Source of the DNA: Bacilli bacterium
Lineage (GTDB): Bacteria > Bacillota_I > Bacilli_A > RFN20 > DUOF01
Length of the DNA stretch: 64,000 nucleotides
Assembly: GCA_045128835.1 (NCBI GenBank)
Contig: JBGVRX010000026.1
Span: 16,512 to 80,511, forward strand
Direction of reading: 5' to 3'
The translations under genes were made by a program, and so were the position numbers. Below, piece by piece: positions 1 through 9,880 of this stretch. The notes beneath the pieces were generated by a model. It saw nothing but the letters and a program-made list of their open reading frames with translations. It ran no database searches and was not told the DNA's origin. Every line of letters starts with the position of its first letter. Positions within the stretch are counted from its first letter, which is position 1.

Positions 1-1050
1 GATGATATTTTAAGAAGAGTTGCTTGGATTAAAAGAACACTAGGAAGAGTTTATAGTAGTCAATTTATGAGAACTTTGGCAGATTGTAGACCAATTGTAG
101 GTGCAATTAAGAGAACAAACATTATTACTAAAGAGCCTAACTATAATATTTGTTATCATTTATGGAACTATATTAGTTCATATGAGGGAATGGTTCTGGA
201 TTTTAGAGTTGAACAGATTCCTATCCCACTTAATGACAAATATAAAAGAAAGATGAGCAAAGCTATGATGTATATGTATGCAGCAGTAGATGCTTGTCAA
301 AAAGATAATGAAAAGTATGTAGAGGCTTTGAAAAAATCTATAAATCTTGTTATTAGGAAGAGTAAGATTAAAAAGATTAAAAGAGTTATGGATAATAACG
401 AAACCATAGAAATAGAAAATGAGGAAGATCCATATATCTTTGGTGCAGATAAGCAAAAGACATTAGAAAAACTTATTCAAGAAAAAGAATATTTAAAACA
501 ACAATTAGTTATTACTAAAGAGAAGAACAGACAAAGAGAAATCGAACTTAGAGAGATTGAAAAAGAAAAACAAGAATATATCAGACTAAAACAACAAGAG
601 ATTGAAGACTTGTTAAAACAAAAATCGGAATCTCGTAAGGAAATGATGAGAAGAGCAAGAATACAAAAAGAAAAAGATATTATTGCTCAAGAATCTAAAA
701 TGGTTAAAAAGGTTAGAGATCGTAAGTATGTCGTTGAGTCTCGTATTAGAGAACTTGAATCTAAGATTAAAATTTGTAAGAGTAACATTGAAAAGAGTGG
801 TGGAACTATTTTCATGTTAAAACAAGAGATTAACAATAAGGTTAATGTCGAGGCTAATAAAAAAGAAATTAGAGAAATTAAAAAGAATCAAGTTCTATGG
901 AAAGATACTATTGAAAAATGCAAAAAGAAGATTAAAACTTGTGATAAGAAGGTTGCAGAAATCGAAGCAAGAGTTGAACAACTTAATAAGATTAATAAGG
1001 CTAAAAGAGCTAAAAGAAAGCAAATTCTTATCGAAAAAAATAGTAAATAG
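1..1050 (+). CDS. Lys/Glu-rich coiled-coil protein, 5' partial
   Basis: Frame 1 is open from base 1 to the stop at 1048-1050. The C-terminal two thirds is K/E/I-rich and heptad-like. A hairpin terminator follows. No family recognised. Confidence 0.5.
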   Translation, partial: DDILRRVAWIKRTLGRVYSSQFMRTLADCRPIVGAIKRTNIITKEPNYNICYHLWNYISSYEGMVLDFRVEQIPIPLNDKYKRKMSKAMMYMYAAVDACQKDNEKYVEALKKSINLVIRKSKIKKIKRVMDNNETIEIENEEDPYIFGADKQKTLEKLIQEKEYLKQQLVITKEKNRQREIELREIEKEKQEYIRLKQQEIEDLLKQKSESRKEMMRRARIQKEKDIIAQESKMVKKVRDRKYVVESRIRELESKIKICKSNIEKSGGTIFMLKQEINNKVNVEANKKEIREIKKNQVLWKDTIEKCKKKIKTCDKKVAEIEARVEQLNKINKAKRAKRKQILIEKNSK

Positions 1051-1077
1051 TTTAAAAATCAAAAAAAATACTACAAG

Positions 1078-1103
1078 AAAGGTGTCAAAACACCTTTTTT
1101 TTT
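1078..1103 (+). terminator. Rho-independent terminator
   Basis: aaaGGTGTcaaaACACCttt followed by a T-run. Confidence 0.7.
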
Positions 1104-1353
1104 CGCATTTTATTGTTATTTTATTTTCTGTTTTATATAATGAAATTGTAGTTAAAGTCTTAAATAAATATTGATTATTGGAAAAAAGAATAATACGAAA
1201 GGTTGGTGAATAAGGTAATTCTTATTCTTTTTAGAAGATATAGTAAAGAGAGGAATTGTAAAAGGGGTTTTACAGTTTGTGTCTCAAAAAAATTGGTTTC
1301 GATTAAAAAAACAAAAAAAGATTAAAATAAAAGAGAAAGGATGAAAAGGTTTT

Positions 1354-3558
1354 ATGAAAAAAACGCTAGAGAAAATTTTTAAACAACCTCTATGGTTATT
1401 ATCAGCTTGTATGATAATTGTTATAGTATTTAGTTTGTTTGCTAATTTTGCAAATACTTCAGCGTGGGGCGTAAAAGTAACTAAAGTTAACTTCGACACT
1501 AAGAGTGATGCAATCACTGGCTTAATGGTTGGCGAGTATGAAGGTAATATGGAAGGTTTACTTTATACACCTAGAGGATGTGACGCTGAAAACCCATGTC
1601 CTGTAATTGTTACAACACATGGTTATTTAAATTCAAAAGAAATGCAAGATGCTCCTGCAATTGAATTATCAAAGAGAGGATACATCGTTCTTGCATTAGA
1701 TATGTATGATCACGGTGAATCAACTTGGAATACACCTGCATCATTTAGTTTCTATCCAACATCAGTATATGATGCTGCTAAATGGGCTTATGAACAAGAA
1801 TTCACTTTGAAAGATGCTGCTGGCAACGGTATGATCGCTGTTAGTGGTCACTCAATGGGTGGTTTTTCTACTCAAATGGCTGTATTAATGGATGAATTGG
1901 CTTATAAATATGGTCAAGGTCATCGTAAAATCGCTGTAAGCTTATCAGTAGGTTCTGACTTCCGTTACACTTACTTCTATGCTGCAAGTGGTGCAGAAGG
2001 AGAAACAAAAGCACAAATGACTGCAAATTTAGTTAATGCTTTTGCTACTAGATCTTCTGGTATGATTATTGCTCATTTTGATGAGTTCTTTGGAAATACT
2101 GAATCAACTAATACAGTTACTTATAAGAACTTTATTGAGACTGCTGATGGTAAATTATTCTTAGGAAACGGAACTAATTTAGGAGAAGACACTGAATATG
2201 TAGAAGGTAAATTCTATGAAGTGGCTGCTGGTGGAACAAGAGTTATTTATACTCCTTATGAAATTCACCCTTGGAACCATTTCTCTACTGAAACAACTTC
2301 TTATATGATAGATTTCTATGGTCAAGCTTTTGATTATCAATTAGAAAAAGCTGGTTTAACTGAGGCATTTGATGCTAAAGATGTTAGCGGTCAAACTTGG
2401 TGGTTAAAAGAAGCATTTGAATTTGTTGCTCTAATTGCTTTATTAGGTGCAGTAATTCCTGCTTTTAACTTATTAATGCAAATTCCTTTCTTCGCTGCAG
2501 TAAAAACAGAAGAAGAAACAAAAGAAGAAACTCCTGCTGAAGAAAAAGTAGAAGTTAAAAAAGAAATTTCAAAAGGTAAGAAAATTGGGTTAGCTGTAAC
2601 TGCTTTAGTTACTTCATTAATTCCAGCATATTTCTTCCAAACATTCATTAACAGAGGTGCTAAACTTGCTGAATTTGCTACTTTAGCAGAATGGATTATC
2701 CGTGTATGTGCTGTTGTTGTAATCGGTGCTTGGTTAATCTACTTAGGTGTTAAAATGGTTAAAGGTGATGAAAACGAAGAAAACGCACGTGCTGCTGCAT
2801 GGGGTGCAACTAAAGGTTCAATCATCATTTCTGCTTTTGCACTAGTATTAAGATTTGCTGTTACTGATTTAGCAAAAGGATTAAAGACTAGTTATTGGTT
2901 CAATGCTCCAACAGCTAACGATATTGGTTATTGGGCATTAATCGCTGCTTCTATTTCTTTACTTGTAATTGCTATCGTTCATTTCACAGCTAGAAGAAGA
3001 GATGGCGTTACAATGAAAGATTATGGATTGAAAGCAAACTTCAAACAAATCTTATTAGCTTTATTAATTTCTGTAATTTTATTTGTAGGAATTTATGCAG
3101 TAGTATTCTTAATTGAATTCGTATTCAATACAGACTTTAGATTATGGGTATATGCAATCAAATCATTTGAATGGCACCACTTCGTATCATTCTTAAGATA
3201 TGTTCCAATTTACTTCATATTCTACTTTGTAAATAGTATTGTTGTTGCATCTAATACAAAAGATGTAAAAGGATGGAAAGGTTATGCTTACGCAATAACT
3301 TTAAATATTGGTGGTTTAGTATTATTACTAGCTCTTCAATATGGTAGATTGTTCTTAATGGGACAAGCTGCACTTCCTTCATTAGCTCTTAATGCTATCT
3401 TATTATTTGGTTTAGTACCTTCATTAGCAGTAGCTGCAATCTTTGCTAAGAAGTTTGCTGAAAAAACAAATAATATTTGGACAAGTGCATTCTTCAATAC
3501 ATTATTATTTACTATGATTGCTATTGCTAATACAGCTATTTATTTATTATCAATGTAA
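1354..3558 (+). CDS. alpha/beta-hydrolase domain fused to a polytopic membrane domain
   Basis: N-terminal TM/signal anchor and the nucleophile elbow GHSMGG. The C-terminal ~350 aa hold many hydrophobic helices separated by a KEETKEE linker. Confidence 0.6.
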   Translation: MKKTLEKIFKQPLWLLSACMIIVIVFSLFANFANTSAWGVKVTKVNFDTKSDAITGLMVGEYEGNMEGLLYTPRGCDAENPCPVIVTTHGYLNSKEMQDAPAIELSKRGYIVLALDMYDHGESTWNTPASFSFYPTSVYDAAKWAYEQEFTLKDAAGNGMIAVSGHSMGGFSTQMAVLMDELAYKYGQGHRKIAVSLSVGSDFRYTYFYAASGAEGETKAQMTANLVNAFATRSSGMIIAHFDEFFGNTESTNTVTYKNFIETADGKLFLGNGTNLGEDTEYVEGKFYEVAAGGTRVIYTPYEIHPWNHFSTETTSYMIDFYGQAFDYQLEKAGLTEAFDAKDVSGQTWWLKEAFEFVALIALLGAVIPAFNLLMQIPFFAAVKTEEETKEETPAEEKVEVKKEISKGKKIGLAVTALVTSLIPAYFFQTFINRGAKLAEFATLAEWIIRVCAVVVIGAWLIYLGVKMVKGDENEENARAAAWGATKGSIIISAFALVLRFAVTDLAKGLKTSYWFNAPTANDIGYWALIAASISLLVIAIVHFTARRRDGVTMKDYGLKANFKQILLALLISVILFVGIYAVVFLIEFVFNTDFRLWVYAIKSFEWHHFVSFLRYVPIYFIFYFVNSIVVASNTKDVKGWKGYAYAITLNIGGLVLLLALQYGRLFLMGQAALPSLALNAILLFGLVPSLAVAAIFAKKFAEKTNNIWTSAFFNTLLFTMIAIANTAIYLLSM

Positions 3559-3676
3559 TAAATCGTAATTAATAATTTTAAAAGGAGTCTTAAAAAAAGG
3601 CTCCTTTTCTTTTATTTTTATTATAGTTATTATATTCTATTAGTAGATTACAAGTATTCAAGTGAGGGTATTTATT

Positions 3677-4066
3677 ATGGATGGAATGGAATTGAAATTA
3701 GCGCATTTACATTATTTAGATGGTAATTTATATGAGGCTATTAGATGTTTGAATAAAAGTGCAGATAAATATTTTGCTACTGATTTAGGACTTGATAAAG
3801 ATCCATTTTGGAAGACTTTAGCAAAGCATGTTTATTTAGCTGTTATTTTAAATGATTTTCATAAAGGGAATGAAGTTAAAAATAGCAGTTTAATTGAAAG
3901 GTTTTCTAATCTTGATACAGTGAAAAATGATATTAAAGAATTTTGCGAGCAATTTGCTAATAGTAATTCTATTACTTTTATCCCATATTTAGAGAAAAGT
4001 ACAGATAATATGCTTAGTAGTGCGATGGGAATTATTGTAGAGGGAATAAAAAAACATATTTTATAA
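3677..4066 (+). CDS. hypothetical protein
   Basis: ORF with GAGGG SD 7 nt upstream of the ATG at 3677. The track start at 3662 is GTG. No motif recognised. Confidence 0.5.
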   Translation: MDGMELKLAHLHYLDGNLYEAIRCLNKSADKYFATDLGLDKDPFWKTLAKHVYLAVILNDFHKGNEVKNSSLIERFSNLDTVKNDIKEFCEQFANSNSITFIPYLEKSTDNMLSSAMGIIVEGIKKHIL

Positions 4067-4111
4067 TTTATAGTCTAACATTATTGTGTTAATATATTAA
4101 TGGTGATTGGT

Positions 4112-4852
4112 ATGCAACAATATTTTGCTAAAGATAAGATTAATAATAGTTTTGTTCTTGATGAACAAGACCTTTTTCATATAGAAAAAGTAATGAGAAT
4201 GAAAGATAACGATGTTGTTTATGTAGTATACAACGAAATAATACATGAAGCCTTTGTTAAATTTAATAAAGGAAAACTAAGTATAGAAGCAGGTAGAGAG
4301 ACTGCAATAAATAATGAATTAAACTGTAATATAACATTAATTTATGGTTTACCAAAAGGCGATAAGTTTGAATTTGTAGTGCAAAAAGCAACAGAACTTG
4401 GAGTTACTACAATTGTTCCATACGCTGCTAGTAGAAGTGTAAGCGTTATTTCTAAAGAAAAAGAAGGTAAAAAATTAGAAAGATGGAATAAGATTGCTAA
4501 AGAAGCAAGCGAACAATCTAAAAGAAATAAGTTAGTTAAAGTAGAAAAGGTTTGTGATGAGGATAGCATTCTAAATTATAAATCTAAGTTAAATCTTATA
4601 GCCTATGAAGATGTAAGTAGTGAAGGATGTAATAAGTTGTTTAATTTATTAAGTAAAAAATTAGATAGTATTACTTTAGTTGTAGGTCCAGAAGGTGGCT
4701 TTGAACAAAGAGAAGTAGATAATTTAGTTAATAATGGTTTTGAGGTTGTTTCATTAGGAAAGAGAATTTTAAGAAGTGAAACAGCGCCTTTATTTTTAAT
4801 GAGTATTATTAGCTATATGTATGAGTGTGGTGATATTAATGAAGAAATTTAA
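4112..4852 (+). CDS. rsmE: 16S rRNA (uracil1498-N3)-methyltransferase RsmE
   Basis: MQQYF N-terminus and the GPEGGF..E motif near the C-terminus. Synteny rsmE-mtaB-rpsU as in Bacillus yqeU-yqeV. GGTGA SD before the ATG at 4112. Confidence 0.85.
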   Translation: MQQYFAKDKINNSFVLDEQDLFHIEKVMRMKDNDVVYVVYNEIIHEAFVKFNKGKLSIEAGRETAINNELNCNITLIYGLPKGDKFEFVVQKATELGVTTIVPYAASRSVSVISKEKEGKKLERWNKIAKEASEQSKRNKLVKVEKVCDEDSILNYKSKLNLIAYEDVSSEGCNKLFNLLSKKLDSITLVVGPEGGFEQREVDNLVNNGFEVVSLGKRILRSETAPLFLMSIISYMYECGDINEEI

Positions 4853-6158
4853 GGTTGTTACGTTAGGATGTAAGGTTAATTCTTATGAATCAGAAGCTGT
4901 AGCTAATATTTTTGAAAGCAATGGTTATGTAAGAAGTGAAAAAGATGCAGATGTTATCATTATAAATACTTGTAGTGTTACATCTACTAGTGATAGTAAG
5001 TCTAGACAAAAAATAAGACATGAAATTAAGGATAATCCAAATTCGATTGTGTGTGTTATGGGTTGTTACAGTCAAGTAAATGCTGAGGAAGCCAGTAAAA
5101 TTGACGGTGTTTCAATTGTAATAGGAACGAAGTATAGAAGTAGTCTTTATGAACTTGTGAAGGAATATGAGCAAAATAGGGCCAAAACAATTAAAATTGA
5201 AGATAGTAATACATTCAAGAAGTTTGAAGATTTAAACGTTATCGATTATTTTTCCAATACAAGGGCCTATTTAAAGATTCAGGATGGGTGTAATAACTTC
5301 TGTAGTTATTGTATAATTCCTTATACTAGAGGTAGAGTAAGATCTAAAGATAGAGACTTAATTATAAATGAAGCTAACAATCTTGTTAAAAGAGGATATA
5401 AGGAATTAGTTCTAACAGGTATTCATACTGGTGGCTATGGAATAGATTTAGAAAATTATAGATTTGAAGATTTACTAAAGGATATGGCAAAAGAGGTTGA
5501 AGGAATAGATAGGATTAGAATTTCTTCAATTGAGATTCATGAATTAAATGATGAAGTTATTGAAATTATGAAGAATAATAAAATGTTTGTTAATCATTTC
5601 CATATTCCTCTTCAAACAGGATGTGATGTTATTTTAAAAAGAATGAATAGAAAATATGATATTAAATATTTTATGGAAAGAGCAAATAAGATTAAAGAGT
5701 CGTTTGATAATTGTAATTTGACTACTGATGTTATTGTAGGTTTCCCTGGAGAAACGGATGAGAATTTTAAAGAAACGTGTGAGAATATTAGAAAGATTGG
5801 TTTTACTAAAATACACGTATTTCCATTTTCAAGTAGAAAAGGCACTGTAGCGGCATCTCTTCCTAATCAAATTAATGGTAATGTAAAGAAACAAAGAGTT
5901 AATGAATTAATTGCTTTATCTAAGGAATTAGGGCTAAATTATTATAGTAAATTTATTGGTGAGAAGATTGAAGTTTTATTTGAAACATATGATAATGAAA
6001 GTAAGATGTTGTCTGGTTATACAAGTAATTATATTAAGGTTAATTGTTATGGTGATGAGTCATTAATAAACAGTATTTCGACAGTTAAACTTGTAGAATT
6101 AATTGAAAAAGACAATGATTATGAAATGAAAGGAGAATTAATTAATGAATTACGCTAA
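4839..6158 (+). CDS. mtaB: tRNA t6A37 methylthiotransferase MtaB (radical SAM)
   Basis: N-terminal VVTLGCKVNSYESE, radical-SAM CNNFCSYCIIP, C-terminal TRAM-like region. Confidence 0.85.
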   Translation: MKKFKVVTLGCKVNSYESEAVANIFESNGYVRSEKDADVIIINTCSVTSTSDSKSRQKIRHEIKDNPNSIVCVMGCYSQVNAEEASKIDGVSIVIGTKYRSSLYELVKEYEQNRAKTIKIEDSNTFKKFEDLNVIDYFSNTRAYLKIQDGCNNFCSYCIIPYTRGRVRSKDRDLIINEANNLVKRGYKELVLTGIHTGGYGIDLENYRFEDLLKDMAKEVEGIDRIRISSIEIHELNDEVIEIMKNNKMFVNHFHIPLQTGCDVILKRMNRKYDIKYFMERANKIKESFDNCNLTTDVIVGFPGETDENFKETCENIRKIGFTKIHVFPFSSRKGTVAASLPNQINGNVKKQRVNELIALSKELGLNYYSKFIGEKIEVLFETYDNESKMLSGYTSNYIKVNCYGDESLINSISTVKLVELIEKDNDYEMKGELINELR

Positions 6159-6816
6159 TTATATTGATCACACTTTATTAAAAGCAGACGCTACTGAAAA
6201 GGATATTAAAAAACTTTGTAAGGAAGCTAAGGAATATGAATTCTTTAGTGTATGTATTAATCCATGTTATGTTAAATATGCAAGAAAATGCTTAAAAGGT
6301 AGTAATGTTAAAGTGTGTACTGTTATTGGGTTTCCATTAGGAGCAAATAATACTAAAGTGAAATTATTTGAAGCTAAGAAAGCAATTGCTGATGGAGCAG
6401 ATGAAATCGATGTAGTATTCAATATCGGTAAATTTAAAGAGAAAAAATATACATACGTTGGTAAAGAATTAGCTAAGATTGTAGATCTATGTAACAAGAA
6501 AGTTTTGGTTAAAGTTATAATTGAAACATGTTATTTAACTAAGGAAGAAATCTTAAAGGCCTGCGAGCTTGTATACGAATGTGGAGTTGATTTTGTTAAA
6601 ACATCTACTGGTTTTGGTACGAATGGTGCTCAAGTAGAAGATGTAAGATTAATGAAAGAAGCATGTAAAGATAAACTTAAAATAAAAGCCAGTGGTGGGA
6701 TTAAAACTCTTGCTCAAGTAGAACAATTCATTTTGGCTGGAGCAGAAAGAATTGGTACTTCTAGTGGTATTAATATTGTTAAAGAGGGAATGGAAGAAAA
6801 AAATAGTCATAATTAA
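6145..6816 (+). CDS. deoC: deoxyribose-phosphate aldolase
   Basis: Typical DeoC length. IDHTLLK start and FVKTSTGF Schiff-base lysine region. Confidence 0.85.
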   Translation: MNYANYIDHTLLKADATEKDIKKLCKEAKEYEFFSVCINPCYVKYARKCLKGSNVKVCTVIGFPLGANNTKVKLFEAKKAIADGADEIDVVFNIGKFKEKKYTYVGKELAKIVDLCNKKVLVKVIIETCYLTKEEILKACELVYECGVDFVKTSTGFGTNGAQVEDVRLMKEACKDKLKIKASGGIKTLAQVEQFILAGAERIGTSSGINIVKEGMEEKNSHN

Positions 6817-6847
6817 TTAGTTTTTTTGTCAAAAAAATTAATTTTTA

Positions 6848-6876
6848 TTGATTTTCTCTGTTTACTTCTATATAAT
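6848..6876 (+). promoter_or_regulatory. sigma-A type promoter for rpsU
   Basis: TTGATT (6848-6853), 17-nt spacer, TATAAT (6871-6876). Confidence 0.55.
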
Positions 6877-6917
6877 CATAGATGGTTAGCTAATTTGCTT
6901 CAGAGGGAGGGACACAA

Positions 6918-7097
6918 ATGCCAAAAATAGCAGTACGCGATAATGAAAATTTAGACGATGCACTACGTCGTTTTAAAAGATCAGTATCAAAGGCAGGGAC
7001 TCTTGCTGCAGTGAAGAAGCGCGAATTCTATGTTAAGCCTGGTGTAAAACGTAAGTTAAAATCACTAGAAGCTCGTAAAAACAAAAGAAGAGACTAA
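6918..7097 (+). CDS. rpsU: 30S ribosomal protein S21
   Basis: Not in the ORF track (59 aa). Translation is [69 protein letters not shown] upstream, TAA at 7095-7097. Confidence 0.92.
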   Translation: MPKIAVRDNENLDDALRRFKRSVSKAGTLAAVKKREFYVKPGVKRKLKSLEARKNKRRD

Positions 7098-7104
7098 TTA
7101 AGGG

Positions 7105-7127
7105 AATGACCGAAAGGTCATTTTTTT
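7105..7127 (+). terminator. Rho-independent terminator after rpsU
   Basis: AATGACC-gaaa-GGTCATT followed by T7. Confidence 0.75.
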
Positions 7128-7204
7128 ATTTCTTATTTCTTTTCTTTATATAATATGTTTTTCTTTTGCTAAATAATATATAATTTTTAATGAGGGATAT
7201 GTTT

Positions 7205-8461
7205 ATGGATAAAAATGAAAAAGTATTATTAGTGGGTGCTAATGTTAATGATAATAATGATTTTTTAAATTCAATGATTGAGTTAGCTTCTTTAGCGGAT
7301 GCTTTAGATTTAGAAGTAGTCAATTCTATTTCACAAAACCTAAAAGACATAACTTCTAATTTTTATATTGGAAGCGGTAAGGTTAAGGAAATTAGAACGT
7401 ATTTAAAAGATCATAAAGAAATTGATTTGGTTATTTTTAATAATGAATTAACAGCTTTGCAATTAAAAAATTTAGAAGATGAATTTGATGTTAGAGTAAT
7501 TGATAGAACAATGCTTATTTTAGAGATATTTGCTAGACGCGCTAGAAGTAAAGAAGCTAAAATTCAAGTGGAATTAGCTAGTTTAGAATATATGAGACCT
7601 AAACTTATCGGTTCTAACCTTAATTTAGATAGGCAAAGGGGCGGTAAGAATAAAGGTGTAGGAGAGAAGTTCTTAGAGTTAGATAAACGTAAAATTGACT
7701 ACCAAATTAATGAATTAAAGAAAGAAATAGTAGAGATAGAAAAGCAAAAAGAATTAACTAGTAAACTTCGTAACAATAGTCGTATACCTAAAGTTGCTTT
7801 GGTAGGATATACTAATGCTGGTAAATCTAGTTTAATGAACTGTTTGCTTAACTTATTTGGAGAAAATGAAGAGAAAACTGTCTTTGAAAAAGATATGTTA
7901 TTTGCTACTTTGGATACTTCAAGTAGAAAGATAAATGCTTATGGTAAGAGTTTTATTTTATCTGATACGGTAGGATTCGTTTCTTCTTTACCACATCATT
8001 TGGTAAAAGCTTTTAAATCCACTTTAGATGAGGTTAGAAATGCTGATTTGTTATTGAATGTTATTGATATTACTAGTCATAATTATTTAAGAGAAAAAGA
8101 AGTAACGGAAGAAACTTTAAAAGAAATTTTAAAAGATGAAGAAAAGAAAATAATAAATGTTTATAGTAAAATTGATTTACCTACGAATAATATTATTGAA
8201 TTAAAAGATAACGAAGTGTTCGTGTCTAGTAAAAATAACGAGGGAATAGATGAATTGTTGGTAATGATTTTAAATAGTGTATTCTGTGATTTAATAGCTT
8301 GTAAAATGTTTATTCCTTATAGTAATGCGAATGTTGTATATGAATTAAATGTAAATTCTTTTATTAATGTAAAGGATGAAAGAGATGAAGGAATTTATTT
8401 AGAGTTAGAGTGTCATCCGATTGATTATAAAAAGTACAGTAAGTTTGTTATAGAAGAGTAG
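7205..8461 (+). CDS. hflX: GTPase HflX
   Basis: HflX N-domain (ALQLKNLE..VIDRT.LIL.IF), P-loop GYTNAGKSSL, DTVGF switch motif. Confidence 0.85.
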   Translation: MDKNEKVLLVGANVNDNNDFLNSMIELASLADALDLEVVNSISQNLKDITSNFYIGSGKVKEIRTYLKDHKEIDLVIFNNELTALQLKNLEDEFDVRVIDRTMLILEIFARRARSKEAKIQVELASLEYMRPKLIGSNLNLDRQRGGKNKGVGEKFLELDKRKIDYQINELKKEIVEIEKQKELTSKLRNNSRIPKVALVGYTNAGKSSLMNCLLNLFGENEEKTVFEKDMLFATLDTSSRKINAYGKSFILSDTVGFVSSLPHHLVKAFKSTLDEVRNADLLLNVIDITSHNYLREKEVTEETLKEILKDEEKKIINVYSKIDLPTNNIIELKDNEVFVSSKNNEGIDELLVMILNSVFCDLIACKMFIPYSNANVVYELNVNSFINVKDERDEGIYLELECHPIDYKKYSKFVIEE

Positions 8462-8465
8462 GTGA

Positions 8466-9155
8466 ATGGGTATGGAATACAGTATTAATGTATATAAAAG
8501 TAAAGAAAAAAGAAAAGAGATATCTATAAATAAGATTAGATCTTTAGGGATTGATTATTTAGAATCTTTGCCTTTAACTTTTAGTGCAGATGAAGTTAAA
8601 ATTAAATCTATTGAAGAGATTGCTAGTAGATATGTTGCTAATATTTTAAGTATTCAATTTGCGTTTGATACTCTTGATAATGCAAGTGTAGATGATTCGT
8701 GCTTGTTTTTTACTGATTTATTATGTAAATACGGTGTATATAATAAACTAAACGAAAGAGAAGAAAAGGCTTTTAAAAGAGAATTAGATGAAAAAGAATT
8801 GGTTAATTTAACGTGGGAGTATGAAGCACTTAACGTTTTATCTTGGGTTTTAGGGTTTAAAGCGGATTTAGAGTTTCCTTCAGATTTGTGTGAGGTAGAA
8901 CCATTAATTAAAAATATTATTGAGTGCTCTAGTTTTGAAGAATTTATTAGTAAATGTAAATTAAGAGATATTGAAGAGATTTTAGATGAGTTAGATTTAG
9001 AATATAGATATCATTGGGCTATTGTAAATAAGACAATTGATGAAACTACTAATATTGGTCAATTAGATGGGGAAGTTGTTTATGAAAGAAGAAAAGCATT
9101 AGAGTGGTTGTTTAGTGAAGAAAATGATTGGAATAAAATATCGCTAGATACATAA
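8466..9155 (+). CDS. hypothetical protein (possibly DUF4272-like)
   Basis: AGGTGA SD. The WEYEALNVLSWVLGF segment resembles what I recall of DUF4272, but this is unverified. Confidence 0.4.
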   Translation: MGMEYSINVYKSKEKRKEISINKIRSLGIDYLESLPLTFSADEVKIKSIEEIASRYVANILSIQFAFDTLDNASVDDSCLFFTDLLCKYGVYNKLNEREEKAFKRELDEKELVNLTWEYEALNVLSWVLGFKADLEFPSDLCEVEPLIKNIIECSSFEEFISKCKLRDIEEILDELDLEYRYHWAIVNKTIDETTNIGQLDGEVVYERRKALEWLFSEENDWNKISLDT

Positions 9156-9202
9156 TAAAAAATTAATTTTATGTTAGAATAATAATGAATTGAGGGATGA
9201 AT

Positions 9203-9667
9203 ATGAAAAATAAAAAGATTTTATATATTGTTTTAGGATCATTACTTGCTTTGCTTATTGGTTCTAGTATTTATACTACTTTTATTGCTAAAACTAGTGC
9301 AGGATTCACTTATTTGTTAATTGGGCAAATGTTTATTGGTATAGCGGGTGCCCTTACTACTTTGTTTTTAGGATTAAAAGCATTTGAAAACAAGAAGAAT
9401 CACGAATTATTGTTTATGGCATTTCTAGAAATTTTATTAGTTTTAGGTGTTGTTACTTTAAACTGGGTATTTGGTTATGGCAAAGTAATAAATCCTGTTG
9501 ATTATTTTGATTATATGGGATATGCATCAATGGAATTTAATATTATATTGTATGGTATTTTTACTGTTGTTATGGGCTTACTAGCATTAAATGCATTTAT
9601 AAATGAGAAACTTTCTTTGATGAAAGTAGAAGATAAAAATAAGAATAATGAAGAAAAGGCTATTTAA
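9203..9667 (+). CDS. small integral membrane protein
   Basis: Four hydrophobic helices. GAGGG SD is best spaced for the ATG at 9203. Confidence 0.5.
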   Translation: MKNKKILYIVLGSLLALLIGSSIYTTFIAKTSAGFTYLLIGQMFIGIAGALTTLFLGLKAFENKKNHELLFMAFLEILLVLGVVTLNWVFGYGKVINPVDYFDYMGYASMEFNIILYGIFTVVMGLLALNAFINEKLSLMKVEDKNKNNEEKAI

Positions 9668-9675
9668 GCCTTTTT
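9655..9675 (+). terminator. Rho-independent terminator
   Basis: AAAGGC-tatttaa-GCCTTT followed by a T-run, overlapping the stop codon. Confidence 0.55.
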
Positions 9676-9699
9676 ATTTTACTTTTATAGTAGGATTCT

Positions 9700-9729
9700 T
9701 TGACATTATTTGACAAAAAAATATATAAT
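9700..9729 (+). promoter_or_regulatory. sigma-A type promoter upstream of spo0A
   Basis: TTGACA at 9700-9705 (a second TTGACA at 9710-9715), 18-nt spacer, TATAAT at 9724-9729. Confidence 0.45.
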
Positions 9730-9762
9730 TTCCTTAGTTTAGTGGATTTACGTGTCTTATTT

Positions 9763-9769
9763 TGTCGAT
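9763..9769 (+). promoter_or_regulatory. 0A-box-like site (TGTCGAT)
   Basis: 6/7 match to the Bacillus 0A box TGTCGAA, located between the promoter and the spo0A start. Spo0A autoregulation is known in Bacillus. Confidence 0.3.
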
Positions 9770-9880
9770 TATATAATTAATTGAACTTTTTTATTATATT
9801 TTGGTTTGTTATTATTGGTATTACTTTGTTATAAACCATATAATTTTTTAGTATTCATAATAAAAAAGGAGCGAAAACAA

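Noticed and set aside
178-1174. Track ORFs 178..456 (-) and 845..1174 (+), overlapping the coiled-coil gene.
   Set aside because: These are alternative-frame or antisense shadows of a low-complexity AT-rich coding region. They have no SD and the peptides are low-complexity. The same applies to most other short antisense ORFs in the track, for example 2391..2648, 25054..25275, 31626..32036, 32103..32438, 38472..39053 and 59976..60413.
1187-1233. GAATAA / GAATAAG ... CTTATTC hairpins upstream of the hydrolase gene, considered as a riboswitch.
   Set aside because: These are short AT-rich stems that probably form a simple terminator or attenuator. No conserved aptamer features were recognised.
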